From positions 29,576,001 to 29,640,000 of the forward strand of contig CM059432.1 in NCBI GenBank assembly GCA_030390025.1: a DNA stretch of 64,000 bases. The letters run 5' to 3'. This DNA is from Squalus acanthias (taxonomy: Eukaryota). Positions within the stretch are counted from its first letter, which is position 1, and every line of letters begins with the position of its first letter. Made by a program: the position numbers and the translations under genes. Shown here piece by piece: positions 61,444-64,000 of the stretch. Under the pieces are notes generated by a model. That model ran no database searches. It was not told where the DNA came from and saw nothing but the letters and a program-made list of their open reading frames with translations.

Positions 61444-61890
61444 TGGCTGAGTGGTAACACTGGCCTCTGAATCAGAAGGTTGCGAGTTCAAGATCCACTC
61501 CAGTGATTTGAGCACAAAATTACAATTCAGCGCAGTACTGAGGCAGTGCTGCACTGTCGGAGGTGCCGTTTTTCCAGATGAGACTTTAAACCGAGGCCCC
61601 GTCGGCCCTCTCAGGTGGACATAAGATCCCGTGGAACTATTCGAAGGAAAGCATGGAGGTTCTCACTGGTTTTGTGGCCAATATTTATCCCTCAACCAAC
61701 ATCACTAAAAAAGGAACATTGTCTGCTCATTTATCTCATTGCTGTTTGTGGGACCTCGCGGCGCACAAATTGGCTGCAGTGTTTTCTACATTACAACAGT
61801 GACTACACCTGAAAAGTACTTAATTGGCTCTAAAGCACTTTGGCACACCCTGAGGTCATGAAAAGCGCTATATAAGTGCAAGTTATTTTT
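61444..61890 (+). mobile_element. Deu-domain SINE, near full length
   Basis: TGGCTGAGTGG A box, GAGTTCAAGATCC B-like box, Deu centre, L2-type tail. Confidence 0.82.
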
Positions 61891-61975
61891 TAACAATGCT
61901 TCCGCGCCAATTCTCCGACCCGCTGTCCTTTCAAGAGCAGCTACCCTCTGGAAGCACAGGATCGGTGAATTTACC

Positions 61976-62404
61976 CGGTGGCATAGTGGTTAGCACTGGT
62001 GCCTCACAGCGCCAGAGACCCGGGTTCGAATCTGACCTCGGGTGACTGTCTGTGTGGAGTTTGCACATTCTCCCCGTGTCTGCGTGGGTTTCCTCCGGGT
62101 GCTCCGGTTTCCTCCCACAGTCCAAAAATGTGTGGGTTAGGTTGATTTGGCTATGATAAATTGACCCTTAGTGTTAGGGGGGATTAAATATGTGGGGTTA
62201 TGGGGATAGGATGGGATATGTTAGGGGGAATTAAATACGTGGGGTTACGGGGGTAGGGTGGGATATGTGTACTGTGGGGATTAAAGCAGGGACAGGGTAC
62301 TGGATTTGGATGATCAGCCATGATCGTATTGAATGGCGGAGCAGGCTCGACGGGCCGAATGGCCTACTCCTGCTCCTAGTTTCTATGTTTCTATGTTTCT
62401 ATGT
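61976..62404 (+). mobile_element. HE1-like V-SINE
   Basis: tRNA head (TGGCATAGTGG...GGTTCGAATC), V-domain GTGTGGAGTTTGCACATTCTCCCCGTGTCTGCGTGGGTTTCC, CR1-type tail (TTTCTATG)n. Confidence 0.88.
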
Positions 62405-63559
62405 AATACACAAACAAGTTGAAATGCCAAACAGGGTGCAGATGGAACCAAGTGTGCGAGCTGTGTGATTCCAGAAAAAAGAAGATTGAGAGCCTGCTGT
62501 CTCCTTAGCGAATACAAGCATTTACTTGAGCAGTTCATCACTACGTTAACAACGTGCAAATGTTTCCTTTCTCCTCAATAGGCTGAAAAGGATGAAGTTT
62601 ATTTTTCAAAATAAAACAAAGAAGGAAGGCCAACAGCTGTTGATGTTCAGTCACCAGTTCCTGCTGGGACTTTTTACCACTTAGGTTTCTAACAGATGTT
62701 TTCTGATACAAGCCAAGTGCACCGTTGAGGCAGCCAGCTAGGGAAGGAACACAGAGTTCTTTTTAAAAAAAAATGATTTTTTAAATACCAAAGGCCACAG
62801 ATGCTTTGAGATATCAAGGTGAGGGCACACTGCTCTTAAAAACTAGATTACATCCCCATGCACATCCTCCACTCCTCTAACACTGGGCTGCTCCTCGTCT
62901 CTTGGTTCCTCTGTTCTGTGAAGCTGTCAAACACTGACATTCTATGTTGTTTGATGAGTTCTTGCATTCAAGACTCATCAAACCTCTTTTGTGAGCAGAA
63001 ATTAAATGGTTGTTGTATTGGAGAATGCAGCAGCCATCTGTCATCTCTGCCAGTGAGATGCGAGACTCTCCGCATCCCCAACTTTTGAAGCCTGCAGGAA
63101 GAAACAAAGGTAAGTAAACATTTTCTATCACTTTCCACTCACCTCACATACTTACCTCTCCACACTTGCACCCATCACTTACCTTCACTTACCTTCACAG
63201 CGCACTTTTGCACCCCTCCGACCCTCGCAGACCCACTACTCGCGTCGGTGACCCTGGCGGGGTTCGCAGCCTTCGGGAAGCCCGCACTTGTGTGGGTAAA
63301 ATGGGGATAATCCTCTTATCTGCCTGTTAACTACCTGTTAACAGGCAGTTAAATGGCTGTAATCCCCTTCCCGCCTCCAAGGAGATGGAACCCGGCGCGG
63401 GTCGGCTACCCACCTCCTGGCAAGATGGCACGGAGGTGGGTTGGGGACGGGATGAACAGAATATTACTTCATTTTAATTGTTTTCCCTCTTTCTTCACTG
63501 ATGGGAGTAGAAATGATCTTAGAAAGGCATCATTGGTGCTAGGTGGCTAAATGAATCAT

Positions 63560-63810
63560 ATAGTGTGGTACTGAACTCTGTAAGCCAGGAAATCCCAGGT
63601 TTATTGCTTGACCTGTGCTGGGTGAGCAGATCTCACCTGGGGCAGCGGATGGGGATTTACAATTGGCCTGTGCCCTTGGGCTCACAGAGGAGGAGGCTAA
63701 AATCACCCTCTTTCCCACCCCTCAGCACTATTCAGTCACTCCTTCTGAGGACAGGATTGGCCTCAGTTGTGATGACCCTCACAGTCAAATAGCCTGCTGA
63801 CATTCACTGA
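63560..63810 (+). mobile_element. Unclassified old SINE-like repeat
   Basis: Partial reverse-complement similarity to 3076-3145 and 12920-13020. Confidence 0.4.
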
Positions 63811-64000
63811 GTCAGCTTACCCATGAAGAATGCTCACACAATTTATTGCAATTACCCTTTCTTTTAAATTCTTAATGGCTTGACGATATGGATGCTCACT
63901 TCTGTGTGCAAACCCACAAACCACTTTACGAGGATAATGGTGCCGCTTTAAAGATAAAGTACAGGGGGGACTTTAAGCTCCATCTCTCCACCACCCCACC

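Noticed and set aside
61976..62045. tRNA gene
   Set aside because: A and B boxes continue into a SINE body and LINE-type tail; the same applies to the Deu SINE heads.
63100..63200. Cluster of GTAAGT / ACTTAC splice-donor-like motifs
   Set aside because: Part of a short CACTTACCTT repeat beside probable MITE debris; no supportable exon.

Overview
Eukaryotic, transposon-saturated window with no host protein-coding gene that I can support. The repeat families (HE1-type V-SINE sharing a CR1 tail, Deu-domain SINEs, CR1, L2, RTE, Penelope-like elements) point to a cartilaginous fish, probably a shark (inference). Contents: a 33/31-bp minisatellite at the left edge; many truncated and nested CR1/L2/RTE LINEs; three SINE families whose partner-LINE tails are visible in the same window; Penelope-like pieces with a GIY-YIG remnant and minimal hammerhead ribozyme motifs; a 1.38-kb solo LTR; a hAT-type MITE; and a dense set of PIF/Harbinger elements. 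The Harbingers include two inverted sister copies of a two-gene element (a spliced 3-exon Myb/SANT gene converging on a DDE transposase) with complementary deletions, four older remnants, and several MITEs. Most ORFs in the supplied track are antisense or out-of-frame readings of these repeats. I found no clearly novel biological system. The best leads are the spliced Harbinger Myb/SANT gene that could still encode about 205 aa, the Penelope hammerheads, a locally templated duplication fused to an RTE 5' end, and an old hairpin repeat. All family names come from recalled motifs, not database searches.
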